A stretch of 64,000 bases of DNA from an uncultured Gemmatimonadales bacterium. GTDB taxonomy: Bacteria > Gemmatimonadota > Gemmatimonadetes > Gemmatimonadales > GWC2-71-9. Under the pieces are notes generated by a model. That model saw only the letters and a list, made by a program, of their open reading frames with translations. It had not been told where the DNA came from and searched no databases. Position 1 is the first letter of the stretch. Each line of letters begins with the position of its first letter. The stretch lies in the NCBI GenBank assembly GCA_963771275.1, contig CAVYSW010000003.1:640001-704000 (forward strand). The letters run 5' to 3'. The translations under genes and the position numbers were made by a program. Positions 48,059-58,871 of the stretch are shown in pieces.

Positions 48059-49938
48059 GCCCGACGTCCACCGTCGAGAGCGCCCGCGACCGCGAGCGGG
48101 TCCGCACCGTGGTCGTCACCGACCACGACGCGCTGGAGCGCCTGATCGCCGAGCGCATCGTGGACGTCATCGCCCGGCGGGTCGCCGAGCGCGGGCGCTG
48201 CGTGCTGGGCCTCGCCACCGGCAGCACGCCGCTCGGCGTCTACCGCGAGCTGATTCGGCGGCACCAGGCGGGCGGCGTGGACTTCTCGAACGTCGTGACC
48301 TTCAACCTCGACGAGTACTACCCGATGGCTCCGGACAGCCCGCTCAGCTACCGGCGGTACATGTGGGAGAACCTGTTCGCGCACGTGAACGTCCGGCCCG
48401 AGCAGGTGCACATCCCCGACGGGAGCACGCCGCGCGAGCGGCTCGCGGAGCATTGCGCCGCCTACGAGCGGGCGATCCGCGACGCGGGCGGGATCGATCT
48501 CCAGCTGCTCGGCATCGGCAAGAGTGGGCACATCGGGTTCAACGAGCCCGGCTCCCCGCCCGATTCCCGGACGCGGCTCGTGACCCTCGACACGATCACG
48601 CGGAAGGATGCCGCCGCCGATTTCTTCGGTGAGGACAACGTGCCGCGCGAGGCGATCACGGTGGGCGTGGCGACGATTCTCGAGGCCCGGGAGATCGCGC
48701 TGATCGCCACGGGCGAGCACAAGGCGGCGATCGTGCGGCGCGCCGTGGAAGGCGACGTCTCGCCCGAGGTCGCGGCCAGTTACCTCCAGCGCCACCCCGG
48801 CGCCACCATCTACCTCGATCTCGCCGCGTCGGCCGAGCTCACCCGGATCGCGACGCCCTGGCTGCTCCAAGCCGTGGACTGGACCCCGGAGATGGCGGAG
48901 CGCGCGGTCGTCTGGCTTGCCGAGCGAGCCGGGAAAGCGATCCTCAAGCTCACGGCGCGGGACTACACCGAGAACCACTTGAGCCCGTTGCTCGCCCTGC
49001 ACGGGCAGCCGGGGGTGCTGAACGGCGAGATCTTCAACCGGCTGCGCGAGAAGATCCGCGGGCGGGCGCGGCTGCCACGGGCGCGGCGGGTGCTGGTCTT
49101 CTCACCTCATCCCGACGACGACGTCATCTCGATGGGGGGCATCCTCCGTAAGCTCAACGAGAACGGCAACGCCATCACGATCGCCTACATGACCAGCGGC
49201 AACATCGCCGTGTTCGATCACGACGTCCGGCGCCACCTCGACTTCATCGAGCGCGGGGCGGCGGTGCTGGGCCTCGATCCGGCGCGCGCCCGCGCGGCGC
49301 GTGCTCAGGCAGAGGACAGCTTCGCAGCGAAGGCCCCGGGGGAGATCGACATCCCGCTGGTCCAGGAGCTCAAGCGCATGATCCGCGAATCCGAGGCGAT
49401 CTCGGCGCTGGAGGCCGTCGGGCTCCCGCGCGGCGCCGGCCGGTTCCTCAACCTCCCGTTCTACCGGACCGGGGAAGTGCAAAAGCGGCCCATCGGCGAG
49501 GAGGACGTGGCGATCGTGGCGCGGCTATTGGACGAGCTCGCGCCCGACCTCGTGTTCGCGGCGGGGGACCTGTCGGATCCGCACGGCACGCACCGCATGT
49601 GCAAGGCGGCGATCGAGCGGGCGCTGGAGCGCTATCGCGGGCCCGCGCCCGAGGTCTGGTACTATCGCGGCGCGTGGCAGGAATGGCCCATCGCCGAGGC
49701 GGACGTGCTGGTGCCGCTGTCGCAGGACGAGCTCCGCGCCAAGATCTTCGCCATCTTCAAGCACCAGTCGCAGAAGGACACCGCGCCCTTCCCGGGCGGG
49801 CACGACGACCGCGAGTTCTGGCAGCGGGTCGAGGCGCGCAACGTGGACACCGCCGCCCGGGCGGACCGCCTGGGGCTGCCGGAGTACTACGCGATGGAGG
49901 CCTACGTCGTGCGCCGCCCTCAGAACCCCAGCCAGTAG
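48055..49938 (+). CDS. nagB: Glucosamine-6-phosphate deaminase fused to a PIG-L-like domain
   Basis: LGLATGSTP, FNLDEY and GHIGFNEPG, then FSPHPDDDVISMGG and DPHGTH. Confidence 0.93.
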   Translation: MSPTSTVESARDRERVRTVVVTDHDALERLIAERIVDVIARRVAERGRCVLGLATGSTPLGVYRELIRRHQAGGVDFSNVVTFNLDEYYPMAPDSPLSYRRYMWENLFAHVNVRPEQVHIPDGSTPRERLAEHCAAYERAIRDAGGIDLQLLGIGKSGHIGFNEPGSPPDSRTRLVTLDTITRKDAAADFFGEDNVPREAITVGVATILEAREIALIATGEHKAAIVRRAVEGDVSPEVAASYLQRHPGATIYLDLAASAELTRIATPWLLQAVDWTPEMAERAVVWLAERAGKAILKLTARDYTENHLSPLLALHGQPGVLNGEIFNRLREKIRGRARLPRARRVLVFSPHPDDDVISMGGILRKLNENGNAITIAYMTSGNIAVFDHDVRRHLDFIERGAAVLGLDPARARAARAQAEDSFAAKAPGEIDIPLVQELKRMIRESEAISALEAVGLPRGAGRFLNLPFYRTGEVQKRPIGEEDVAIVARLLDELAPDLVFAAGDLSDPHGTHRMCKAAIERALERYRGPAPEVWYYRGAWQEWPIAEADVLVPLSQDELRAKIFAIFKHQSQKDTAPFPGGHDDREFWQRVEARNVDTAARADRLGLPEYYAMEAYVVRRPQNPSQ

Positions 49939-52625
49939 TTCAGCTTCACCAGAAAGATGTTCTCGCCGGCGCCGGTGAACACCGGGCCCACGTCTCTCCC
50001 GAGGTCCAGCAAGCCGTCATTGAGCTCGTTCGATCGGCTCTGGGTCCATACCAGGAACAGGGTCGAGCCGGGATGGTACTCCCACCGCAGCACGGCGTTG
50101 CCGCGGAGCGAGCGCAGCGTGAAGCTCGGGTCCGTGACCGCGAACTCGGCCGCCGGCCCGCCGCCGTCCGGGTCCACCACGAACACCCGCGGATCGGTCG
50201 CCCGCACGGTGAGCGTCCCCACGTCCTTGCCATAGACCAGCTTGTCGAGGGCCCGGGGGGCGGCGAACTCCTTGAGATGGGCGTACTGCGCGCTCGAGAT
50301 GAACGGCTGGGCGTAGAGCTCCAGGGTGAGCGTCGGCGTGAAGGTGATGTTGAGCCGCGTGTCCATCCCCAGGTCGCGGCGGTACAGGTCGGAGAACACG
50401 TACCGCGCGCCGCCGAACGCCGTCGCCGTGGGGTCGCTGATCCTGGTCACGTACTGGGCGCGCGATTCGCCGTAGCTGTAGGCCGGGCCCACGGTCACCG
50501 CGACGTTCGACGCCGGGTGCCACGTGACCCCGAGGTTCACCTCGTACTGGCGGGCGCCTTCCACGGTCCGGAGCGTGGTCGAGTTGGTCTCGAGCACCAG
50601 CGCTTTCCGCTGGTCGGTCGAGACGTTGAGCTGGAAGAAGTTGAACCCCGGCCGCCCCACCACGGGACCGCCGCGCGTCTGCCGATCGTCGAGCGCCGAG
50701 AACCGGTGGATCCAGAACGTGCTCAGATTCCAGTAGTTGTGCGGCTGGACCTGGGCGTAGAGCTGCACCTGCCGGTCGGTGAGGTCGCCGTCGAAGTTGT
50801 ACTGCTGCTGGCCGCCCGCGATGAAGAACATCTGGCGGAACAGCCGGTTGGGCCGGGTGAACTGGCGGAACACGTTGCCGCTCATCCACCAGTAGTCGGC
50901 CTGGGTGAGGAACGCGATGTCGTTGTTCTCGAAGCCGGGCGACCGGATGTTGGTGGAGGCCTCCCACAGCCAGTCGCCCGACTCCTTGGCGAACCGGGCG
51001 TACGCCGCCCAGCCGCGCATCACCGTGAGTGACGAATCGAGCCGGTCGGTGAACAGCCCGTTCCCGCCGGGCTCGCGGTCGGGGCGCTGGAAGTAGCGGG
51101 CGCTGGAGCGCTGGAGGCCCAGCATGGCGGTGCTGTCCGCCGTCACCTGCGTCATGCTCACCTGGGCCATCAGCCGGTACTCGCGCTTCCCGAACCAGCT
51201 TTCCGTCGAGAACCCGAGCGCCTCCGAGTGGCGGGACAGCCGGTCGGCCAGGGCCGGCGTGCTCAGGTCGCGCACCACCGACGTCGCCATGCCGCGGAGC
51301 ACCGTGCTCCCGTCGCCCAGGTCCTTGGCGATCCGGGCCACGAAGTAGTTGGTGAACGGCTCCACGGCCACCGAGGTCCGCGTACTGTCGGCGCGTTCCA
51401 CGGTCGCTTGCTCGCGGGCCGTCGCCGCGTCGAGAATGCCGAGCGACCAGCCCGATCCGGTCCGTCCGGTCACCTTGGCGGCGCCCAAAATCGTGGTGTT
51501 GTCCGGCGCGTGCGCGTACGGCCCTTCGTCGTAGGCAGCACCCAGGACCTGCGGCGTCCGGCCGATGCGGCGCGAGTAGAACATCGAGAGGCTGGAGACG
51601 TTCGAGCAGAAGAAGCAGCTGAGCCCGCCGAAGCTGAACAGGCCCGACCCCTCGACGAAGAATGGCCGCCGCTCCTCGAAGAACGTCTCGAACGCGCTCA
51701 GGTTCACCACCGCGGGGTCCACTTCCACCTGGCCGAAATCCGGATTGACCGTGGCCGACAGTGTGAGATTGGAGGTGAGCAGCACCTTGGCGTCGGCGCC
51801 GATGCGCCCGTCCATGGTGTGCGGGTCGGCGAACGGGTCCTTGGGATCTCCGGGTGGCTGGTTGTTGGACCGCCCGACGACGTACGGGAGGATCTCCGCC
51901 CGCTGTGGCGGGCGGGTGATCTCGAGGCCCGTGAGGTGGCCGAACCGCGGGGGACCGCCCACCTCGTTCCTGAGCCAGAACGACCACTGGGACAGCTCGT
52001 TCAGCCGGTTCACCTGTCGCCAGATCTGGAGCCCCCACGTCTGGTCGGGCGCCCGCGGGTAGCGCAGCTGCGAGAAGGGAATGCGCGCTTCCGCGGTCCA
52101 GCCCAGCGAGTCGATCGTGGTCTTGACCTCCCAGACGGGATCCCAGGAGGCGTCCTCCCCACTGCCCCCCGGCGCGTAGGAATCGCCCTTCACGCCGGAC
52201 GGGTTGATCAGGAAGAACACCCGCCCCAGGTGATCGTGGAACGTGTCGAAGATGAGCTCTATGTAGTCGGAGCTGACGTCGCCATCGCGCCGCACCAGCC
52301 GCGTGCGCACGCCCGCCGCCCCCTGATCGTCGAACATCCGGGCGCCGACGTAGAGCGCGTCGTGGTCGTACGCGAACCGCACTTCGGTCCGCTGGGTCGC
52401 CGGTTCGCCCTCCCTGGGCTCGCTTTGGCGGAAGCCGGTGGCGGCAGGAGCGGTCCGCCACACGTCTTCGATCAGGCGCCCGTCGAGGGTGATCGGGCCC
52501 GGCAGCGGGACCGCCTGCGCCACGGGTGGCGGGTCGGGATGGATGGCTTGGGCTCGGGCCGACGCCGGGGCGCTCACGGCGGCGAGTCCCAGAATGCAAC
52601 GCACGACGACAAGCGGTCGAGGCAT
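49920..52625 (-). CDS. DUF5916 outer-membrane protein with N-terminal CBM9-like domain
   Basis: ITLDGRL, TVNPDFGQVEVD, FFEERRPFFVEG, YSRRIG, LRWEY and C-terminal KLNYWLGF. Confidence 0.88.
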   Translation of the reverse strand: MPRPLVVVRCILGLAAVSAPASARAQAIHPDPPPVAQAVPLPGPITLDGRLIEDVWRTAPAATGFRQSEPREGEPATQRTEVRFAYDHDALYVGARMFDDQGAAGVRTRLVRRDGDVSSDYIELIFDTFHDHLGRVFFLINPSGVKGDSYAPGGSGEDASWDPVWEVKTTIDSLGWTAEARIPFSQLRYPRAPDQTWGLQIWRQVNRLNELSQWSFWLRNEVGGPPRFGHLTGLEITRPPQRAEILPYVVGRSNNQPPGDPKDPFADPHTMDGRIGADAKVLLTSNLTLSATVNPDFGQVEVDPAVVNLSAFETFFEERRPFFVEGSGLFSFGGLSCFFCSNVSSLSMFYSRRIGRTPQVLGAAYDEGPYAHAPDNTTILGAAKVTGRTGSGWSLGILDAATAREQATVERADSTRTSVAVEPFTNYFVARIAKDLGDGSTVLRGMATSVVRDLSTPALADRLSRHSEALGFSTESWFGKREYRLMAQVSMTQVTADSTAMLGLQRSSARYFQRPDREPGGNGLFTDRLDSSLTVMRGWAAYARFAKESGDWLWEASTNIRSPGFENNDIAFLTQADYWWMSGNVFRQFTRPNRLFRQMFFIAGGQQQYNFDGDLTDRQVQLYAQVQPHNYWNLSTFWIHRFSALDDRQTRGGPVVGRPGFNFFQLNVSTDQRKALVLETNSTTLRTVEGARQYEVNLGVTWHPASNVAVTVGPAYSYGESRAQYVTRISDPTATAFGGARYVFSDLYRRDLGMDTRLNITFTPTLTLELYAQPFISSAQYAHLKEFAAPRALDKLVYGKDVGTLTVRATDPRVFVVDPDGGGPAAEFAVTDPSFTLRSLRGNAVLRWEYHPGSTLFLVWTQSRSNELNDGLLDLGRDVGPVFTGAGENIFLVKLNYWLGF

Positions 52626-52771
52626 CGGCGGCCGTGGGCAAAGGAGGTCTCTTGGATCAGACGCTCCGCGAGACTGAAAGGTTGCACCCACCATGGCCAA
52701 CTGGCGCCCAGCCGACCGCCGGTGAACCATTACGCATTCCGAATTCGCCTTTCGCCGCGGAGTCTCTCACC

Positions 52772-54355
52772 ATGCGCCCACGCAACCTGTTGCCGTCCCT
52801 CACGCTCGCTTTCACGATCGTCGCGCAGCTCGCCGCCCAGCAGGCCGGGCCGGCCGCTCCTCCCCGGGACCTCGATCGCTACGTCGCCGCCGTCCTGCGG
52901 GCCTTCGAGGTGCCCGGCGTCGCCGTGACCATCGTGAAGGACGGGAAGGTCGTGCTCGCCAAGGGCTACGGGGTGCGGAAGCTCGGCGACCCCGCGCCGG
53001 TCAACGCCTACACGCGGTTCGGGATCGCCTCGAACACCAAGGCGTTCACGGCCACCGCGCTGGGTTTGCTCGTGGAGGCGGGCAAGGTCCGGTGGGACGC
53101 CCCGGTGATCGACTATCTGCCGGGCTTCCAGATGTGGGACCCGTACGTCACCCGCGAGCTCACGGTGCGCGACCTGCTGGTGCACCGGAGCGGGCTCGGT
53201 CTGGGGGCGGGCGACCTGCTGTGGTGGCCACCCTCCACCTACGATCGCCAGGAGATCATGCGCCGGCTGCGGTACATCAAGCCGGCGACGAGCTTCCGCT
53301 ACGCCTATGCGTACGACAACGTGCTCTACACGGTGGCGGGCGAGCTGATCGGCGCGGTGTCGAGCCAGAGTTGGGAAGACTTCGTCGTGTCGCGCATCCT
53401 CAAGCCCGTGGGCATGGACTCGAGCGACGTGCTGCACTCCCAGGCCGGCGTGAGCGGCAACTCGGCGACCCCGCACGCGCGGATCGACGGGGTGGTGCGG
53501 CCCGTGGCGCCGTTCACCAACGACAACACCAACCCCGCGGGCGGCATCAATACGGGCGCCGCCGACATCGCGAAGTGGCTGATCGTCCAGCTCGATTCGG
53601 GGCTCCTCGCGGGCGGCGCGCGGCTGTTTTCGCCTGCCACCACGCGCCAACTCTGGAGCCTGGTGACGCCGATCCCGTTCGGCAACCCGCCGCCCGAGCT
53701 GGCGCCCCTCCGGCGGAACTTCAACGGCTACGCCCTGGGCTTCAACGTGACCGACTATCGCGGCCGGAAGATCGTGACCCACACCGGCGGACTCCCCGGC
53801 TACGTCTCGCGACTGCTGATGGTCCCCGATCTCCGCCTCGGCATCGCGGTGCTCACCAACCAGGAATCCGGCGCCGCATTCGACGCGATCGCCTACCGCA
53901 TCCTCGATCACTACCTCGGCGCCCCGCCGTTTGACTGGGTCGCGGGCTACCAGGCGCTCAACGCGCGCATCGATTCGATCACCGCCGCCGCGCTGGCCAA
54001 AGCCACCGCGGAGCGGGACACGGCGTCGCGCCCGTCGCTGCCGCTGGCCCGCTACGCCGGCACGTACACCGACCCATGGTATGGCGACATCACGATCGCG
54101 CTCGAGGACGGAAAGCTGGTGATGCGCTTCTCGCACACGCCGTCCCTCGTGGGCGATCTCGACCACTGGCAGTACGACACGTTCATCGCGCGGTGGCGGG
54201 ATCGGGAGCTCAGGGCCGACGCGTACGTGTCGTTCGCGCTCTACCCGGACGGGACCGCGGCGCAGGCGACCATGATGGCCGTGTCGCCGGAGACGGATTT
54301 CAGCTTCGACTTCCAGGACCTGGTGCTCCGGCCGGCCCGGCCGCGGGAGCCGTAA
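52772..54355 (+). CDS. Serine hydrolase (beta-lactamase family) with DUF3471
   Basis: Signal peptide, IASNTK (SxxK), YDN, HTGG and YAGTYTDPWYG. Confidence 0.92.
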   Translation: MRPRNLLPSLTLAFTIVAQLAAQQAGPAAPPRDLDRYVAAVLRAFEVPGVAVTIVKDGKVVLAKGYGVRKLGDPAPVNAYTRFGIASNTKAFTATALGLLVEAGKVRWDAPVIDYLPGFQMWDPYVTRELTVRDLLVHRSGLGLGAGDLLWWPPSTYDRQEIMRRLRYIKPATSFRYAYAYDNVLYTVAGELIGAVSSQSWEDFVVSRILKPVGMDSSDVLHSQAGVSGNSATPHARIDGVVRPVAPFTNDNTNPAGGINTGAADIAKWLIVQLDSGLLAGGARLFSPATTRQLWSLVTPIPFGNPPPELAPLRRNFNGYALGFNVTDYRGRKIVTHTGGLPGYVSRLLMVPDLRLGIAVLTNQESGAAFDAIAYRILDHYLGAPPFDWVAGYQALNARIDSITAAALAKATAERDTASRPSLPLARYAGTYTDPWYGDITIALEDGKLVMRFSHTPSLVGDLDHWQYDTFIARWRDRELRADAYVSFALYPDGTAAQATMMAVSPETDFSFDFQDLVLRPARPREP

Positions 54356-54482
54356 TGCCCGACGTCGGAACGCGGAGCGCGCACCACCGGGTGGCGGGGT
54401 CCGGTCGGCACGCCATCCGGGCGAAACGCCATTGCGCGTGGTAGAATCAGGTGGGGGCGGGACGATCAATCGGGAGCGATTC

Positions 54483-54896
54483 ATGGCGCACACAATCCGA
54501 CGTGTCGAGTACTTCAACGCCACCGTGAAGGACGAGCCGGGCCAGGGTTACAAGCTCCTCTCGCAGCTCGCCGAGATGGGGTTCAACCTGCTGGCGTTCA
54601 CCGCGGTGCCGGTGGGCCTCCTCCAGACGCAGCTCACGATCTTCCCCGACGATCCGGGGAAGCTCGCGCAGGCGGCCCGGACCGCCGGGTTGCCGTTGAT
54701 CGGACCGTTCCCGGCGTTTCTGGTGCAGGGGGACGACGAGCTGGGCGCGTTCGCCGAGATTCACGCGAAGCTCTACCGGGCGACCGTGAACGTGTACGCC
54801 TCGAGCGGCGTGACGGACGGGCACGGGAGCTACGGCTACGTGCTGTACGTGCGTCCCGAGGAGTACGACCGAGCAGCCCGGGCACTCGGCGTCTGA
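54483..54896 (+). CDS. Conserved hypothetical protein, tandem ACT-like fold
   Basis: VKDEPGQG...NLLAF and GDDELGA...VNVYA repeats; GGAG RBS. Confidence 0.75.
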   Translation: MAHTIRRVEYFNATVKDEPGQGYKLLSQLAEMGFNLLAFTAVPVGLLQTQLTIFPDDPGKLAQAARTAGLPLIGPFPAFLVQGDDELGAFAEIHAKLYRATVNVYASSGVTDGHGSYGYVLYVRPEEYDRAARALGV

Positions 54897-54977
54897 CCCG
54901 ATGACGCTGAACCACCCCTTCCCGCGGCGCGCGGGAGGGGGCGGCGGCTCGACCGTCCCGCCGGCCCACCCCCTGTT

Positions 54978-57533
54978 GTGACGACGCACGGCGGGAGGAT
55001 CGGGCGGCGGCTCACGCCCCTGGTCGCGATTCCGCTGTTCGGCTTCGCGGCCTGGGTGATCCGCGGGGAGCTCACCCGCTTCCACTACCGCGACATCGTC
55101 CACGCGCTCCACACGATGCCGGGGAGCGCCGTCGGGCTCGCGGCGGCGCTCACGGCCGTGAGCTTCCTGGCCCTCACCGCGTACGACCTGCTCGCGCTGC
55201 GCTTCGTCGGCCAGTCGCTTCCCTACCGGCGCACGGCGCTCGCGTCGTTCATCGGCTACGCCTTCAGCAACGCGCTCGGCTTCCCACTGCTCACCGGCAT
55301 GCCGCTCCGCTTCCGGCTCTACTCCGGCTGGGGGCTCTCGAGCGTCGAGATCGGCCAGCTCGTCGGGTTCAACGCCGCGACCCTGTGGCTGGGGTTCTTC
55401 GCGCTCGGCGGGCTCGTCTTCCTGCTGGAGCCGCTGCGACTTCCCGCGCTGCTTCACCTGCCCTTCGCGACCGCCCGCCCGCTGGGGGTGCTGCTGCTGC
55501 TCATCGTCGCGTCCTACATCGCGGCAACCGCTGTCGCACGCGGACCGCTTCGGATTCGCGACCTGGAGCTCGGGCTGCCGCGGCCACGGCTCGCCGTCGC
55601 GCAGCTCGCCGTGGGTGCGTTCGACTGGGCGGTCGCCAGCGCCGTGCTCTACGCGCTGCTGCCGCCCGGGGGGAGCATCAGCTGGCCGGCATTCCTCGGC
55701 GTGTTTCTGCTCGCGCAGATCGCCGGCCTGGTGAGCCACATCCCCGGCGGACTCGGTGTCTTCGAGGCCGTCACGCTGCTGCTGCTGCCGATCCCGGAAA
55801 GCCAGCTCGTCGCCTCGCTGCTCGCCTACCGCGCCGTCTACTACCTCGCGCCGCTGCTCGCCGCCACGGTCGCCCTGGGCGCCTACGAGTACCAGCGCGG
55901 CCGCGAGCGGTTCGAGCGGCTCGGCGCCCTGCTGGGCCGCGGCCTGTCGAGCGTCGTCCCCCAGGCGCTCGCGATCACCACGTTCCTCGCCGGCGTCATT
56001 CTGCTGTTCTCGGGCGCGACGCCGGCCGTGGGCACGCGGCTTGGCTGGCTGCACGCGGTCCTGCCCCTGCCGGTGATCGAGCTGTCGCACTTCCTCGGCA
56101 GCGTGGCCGGAGCGGCGCTGCTGATTCTCGCCTGGGGGCTCCAGCGCCGGCTGGACGGCGCGTTCTATCTCGCCGCCGGGGTGCTCGCGGCAGGGATCGC
56201 GTTCTCGCTGCTCAAGGGCCTCGACTACGAAGAGGCGACGATCCTGGTGGTCATGCTCGCGGCCCTGGTCGCCTCGCACCGGGAGTTCTACCGCAAGGCG
56301 TCGTTGCTCAGCGAGCCCCTTTCCCTCCAGTGGATCGCGGCGATCGTTGTGGTGCTCGGGGCCGCGGTTGGGCTGGGGCTGTTCTCGTACAAGCGGGTCG
56401 AGTACTCGCACGATCTGTGGTGGCGCTTCGCCACCAACGCGGAAGCCCCGCGCTTCCTCCGGGCAACCGTGGGGGCGCTCGCCCTGACCCTGGCCTTCGC
56501 GACCATGCGCCTGCTGCGCCCGCCGCGCCGCGCGCCTACCGAATTGGGCGCCGCGGACCTCGAGCGCGTCGCGGCCGCCGCCGCCACCTCACCCTACACC
56601 TACGCCTACCTCGCCCTGCTCGGCGACAAGACGATCCTGTTCGGCGGCGAGCGCTCGTTCCTGATGTACGGCGTCGAGCACAAGAGCTGGGTGGCCCTCG
56701 GCGATCCGATCGGCCCGGAGGAGGAGCGGGTCGAGCTCGCCTGGCGGTTTCGCGAGCTCGCCGACGAGCACGACGGGTGGACCGTCTTCTACCAGGTACG
56801 GCCCGACAGTCTGCCGCTCTACCTCGATCTCGGCCTGAGCCTGCTCAAGCTCGGCGAAGTGGCGCGGGTCCCGCTGACCAACTTCTCGCTCGATGGCGGC
56901 CATTGGAAGACGGTGCGCCATTCGCTCCGTGCGCTCGAGAAGGAAGGATGCAGCTTCGCGCTCGTCCCCCCGGCGGACGTCCCGCCGCTGCTCCCCGAGC
57001 TCGCCCACGTTTCGACCGAGTGGCTGGGGTCGAAGCAGACCCGCGAGAAGGGGTTCTCGCTGGGATTCTTCGACCCGGCGTACCTCGCCCGCCTGCCGGT
57101 GGCCGTGGTGCGGCGCGGCGGCGCCGTCGTCGGGTTCGCCAACGTGCTGCCAGGCGCCGAGCATGAGGAGCTGTCGGTGGATCTGATGCGGTTCGCCGCC
57201 GACGCGCCGCGCGGCACGATGGATCTCCTGTTCGTCGAGTTGATGCAATGGGGCAGGGCCGAAGGGTACCGCTGGTTCGATCTCGGGATGGCGCCGCTCG
57301 CGGGGCTCGAGCCGCGGCCGTTGGCACCACTGTGGAATCGGGTCGGCGCGGCCGTGTTCCGCTTGGGCGAGCACTTCTACAACTTCCAGGGCCTGCGCGA
57401 GTACAAGGACAAGTTCCAGCCGGTCTGGGAGCCCCGCTATCTCGCCGGCCCGGGTGGGCTGGCTCTGCCGCGCGTGCTGACGCACATCGCGACGCTGGTG
57501 GGGGGCGGGCTCAAGGGGGTGATCGCGCGGTGA
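54978..57533 (+). CDS. mprF: Bifunctional aminoacyl-phosphatidylglycerol flippase/synthase
   Basis: About 14 TM helices, PGGLGVFE, LGDK, ALGDP, EKGFSLG, DLMR, LGMAPL and YNFQGLREYKDKF. Confidence 0.95.
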   Translation: MTTHGGRIGRRLTPLVAIPLFGFAAWVIRGELTRFHYRDIVHALHTMPGSAVGLAAALTAVSFLALTAYDLLALRFVGQSLPYRRTALASFIGYAFSNALGFPLLTGMPLRFRLYSGWGLSSVEIGQLVGFNAATLWLGFFALGGLVFLLEPLRLPALLHLPFATARPLGVLLLLIVASYIAATAVARGPLRIRDLELGLPRPRLAVAQLAVGAFDWAVASAVLYALLPPGGSISWPAFLGVFLLAQIAGLVSHIPGGLGVFEAVTLLLLPIPESQLVASLLAYRAVYYLAPLLAATVALGAYEYQRGRERFERLGALLGRGLSSVVPQALAITTFLAGVILLFSGATPAVGTRLGWLHAVLPLPVIELSHFLGSVAGAALLILAWGLQRRLDGAFYLAAGVLAAGIAFSLLKGLDYEEATILVVMLAALVASHREFYRKASLLSEPLSLQWIAAIVVVLGAAVGLGLFSYKRVEYSHDLWWRFATNAEAPRFLRATVGALALTLAFATMRLLRPPRRAPTELGAADLERVAAAAATSPYTYAYLALLGDKTILFGGERSFLMYGVEHKSWVALGDPIGPEEERVELAWRFRELADEHDGWTVFYQVRPDSLPLYLDLGLSLLKLGEVARVPLTNFSLDGGHWKTVRHSLRALEKEGCSFALVPPADVPPLLPELAHVSTEWLGSKQTREKGFSLGFFDPAYLARLPVAVVRRGGAVVGFANVLPGAEHEELSVDLMRFAADAPRGTMDLLFVELMQWGRAEGYRWFDLGMAPLAGLEPRPLAPLWNRVGAAVFRLGEHFYNFQGLREYKDKFQPVWEPRYLAGPGGLALPRVLTHIATLVGGGLKGVIAR

Positions 57534-57558
57534 CGAGCGGTTTCCGCCTCGGACGGCC

Positions 57559-58773
57559 CTACCCCGGCGCGCTGACGCTCCCCACCTCCTCGCGCTCACG
57601 CTCGCCAGCCGGTCGGTCCTTGCGGATCCGCGTCGCCACACCCCACGCAACGAGCATCACCGCCGCCGACGCGACGAACGCGGCCCGCGGCCCGAAGCGG
57701 TCGTAGATCCCGCCCCACAGCAGCGGGCCGCTGAACCGCCCCGCGGCGCTCAGCGCCTGCGCGGCCCCGAGCATCGCGCCCTGTTCCGACGCGCCGGCGA
57801 GCATCGAGACGAGTCCCGTGATCGCCGGGACCGCGATGCCGTTGCTCGCCGCGAGCAGCACCACCCACGGGTACAGCAGCACGGCGCGCGGCGCGAACGG
57901 CATCCCCGCCGTCGCCAGCGCCATGCCCAGCGTGCCCGCAAGGATCAGCACCCGGTTCCCGGTGCGTCGCACGAGCTTGCCGAGCAGATACCCCTGCACG
58001 ACCGCGGCCACGATGCCGATCACGGAGAAGAGCCAGCCCAGCTCCCGGCTCCCCCAGCCGAACGCCTCCTTGGCGTACAGCGGCAGCGCGATCATGTAGC
58101 CGGTGAACGCGAACGGCAGCAGCCCGAACACGAGAAACGCCGGCCGCAGCGCTGGATCGCTCAGTCCCTGGCGGAGATGCTGCGTGTCGATCAGGGAACG
58201 CGCGGCGCGGTACTCCGTGCCGAGTGACTCGGCCAGGATGATCCAGGCGGACACGAAATTCACCAACCCGAGCCCAGCCGCGGCGAGTCCCGCGGCCTCA
58301 GGCCCGCCGTAATGCGCCGCGATGCCGCCCAGGGCCGGCCCGATCACGAACCCCAACCCGAACGCCGCGCCCACCAGTCCCATACCCTTCGACCGCTCGG
58401 CCGGCGACGTGACGTCGGCGATGTAGGCCTGCGCGACCGAGATGTTGCCGCCCGCGAACCCCGAGATGGCGCGCGCCACGAACAACATCCAGTAGCTGCC
58501 GGCGAACGCGAACAGCGTGTAGCCAAGCGTGCCGACCAGGATCGTCGTGAGCAGCACGGGACGCCGCCCCACCCGGTCGGACAGCCGGCCGAGCACCACC
58601 GTCGCGATGAACTGCATGACCGAGTAGATCCCGAGCAGCGCGCCGAAGCCGAGCCCGCCGGCGCCGAACCGCTGGGAGTAGTAGGGCAGGATCGGGAGGA
58701 TGAACCCGAACCCCACGAGATCGATGAAGACCGTGAGGAAGATGACGCCGAGCTTGGATCGGCCAGTGGGCAT
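57559..58773 (-). CDS. MFS transporter (TetA/DHA1-like)
   Basis: DLVGFG, GRLSDRVGRRPVL, AQAYIAD and GFVIGPALGG. Confidence 0.93.
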   Translation of the reverse strand: MPTGRSKLGVIFLTVFIDLVGFGFILPILPYYSQRFGAGGLGFGALLGIYSVMQFIATVVLGRLSDRVGRRPVLLTTILVGTLGYTLFAFAGSYWMLFVARAISGFAGGNISVAQAYIADVTSPAERSKGMGLVGAAFGLGFVIGPALGGIAAHYGGPEAAGLAAAGLGLVNFVSAWIILAESLGTEYRAARSLIDTQHLRQGLSDPALRPAFLVFGLLPFAFTGYMIALPLYAKEAFGWGSRELGWLFSVIGIVAAVVQGYLLGKLVRRTGNRVLILAGTLGMALATAGMPFAPRAVLLYPWVVLLAASNGIAVPAITGLVSMLAGASEQGAMLGAAQALSAAGRFSGPLLWGGIYDRFGPRAAFVASAAVMLVAWGVATRIRKDRPAGEREREEVGSVSAPG

Positions 58774-58871
58774 GGAGCACGCAATCTAAGCGGTTGACCC
58801 ACTCCGTCCCGTCCCCCACTGTTCTACCACCGCCCCTGGCGGGCGGCAGCCCTGATAGGAGCGAATTCCCC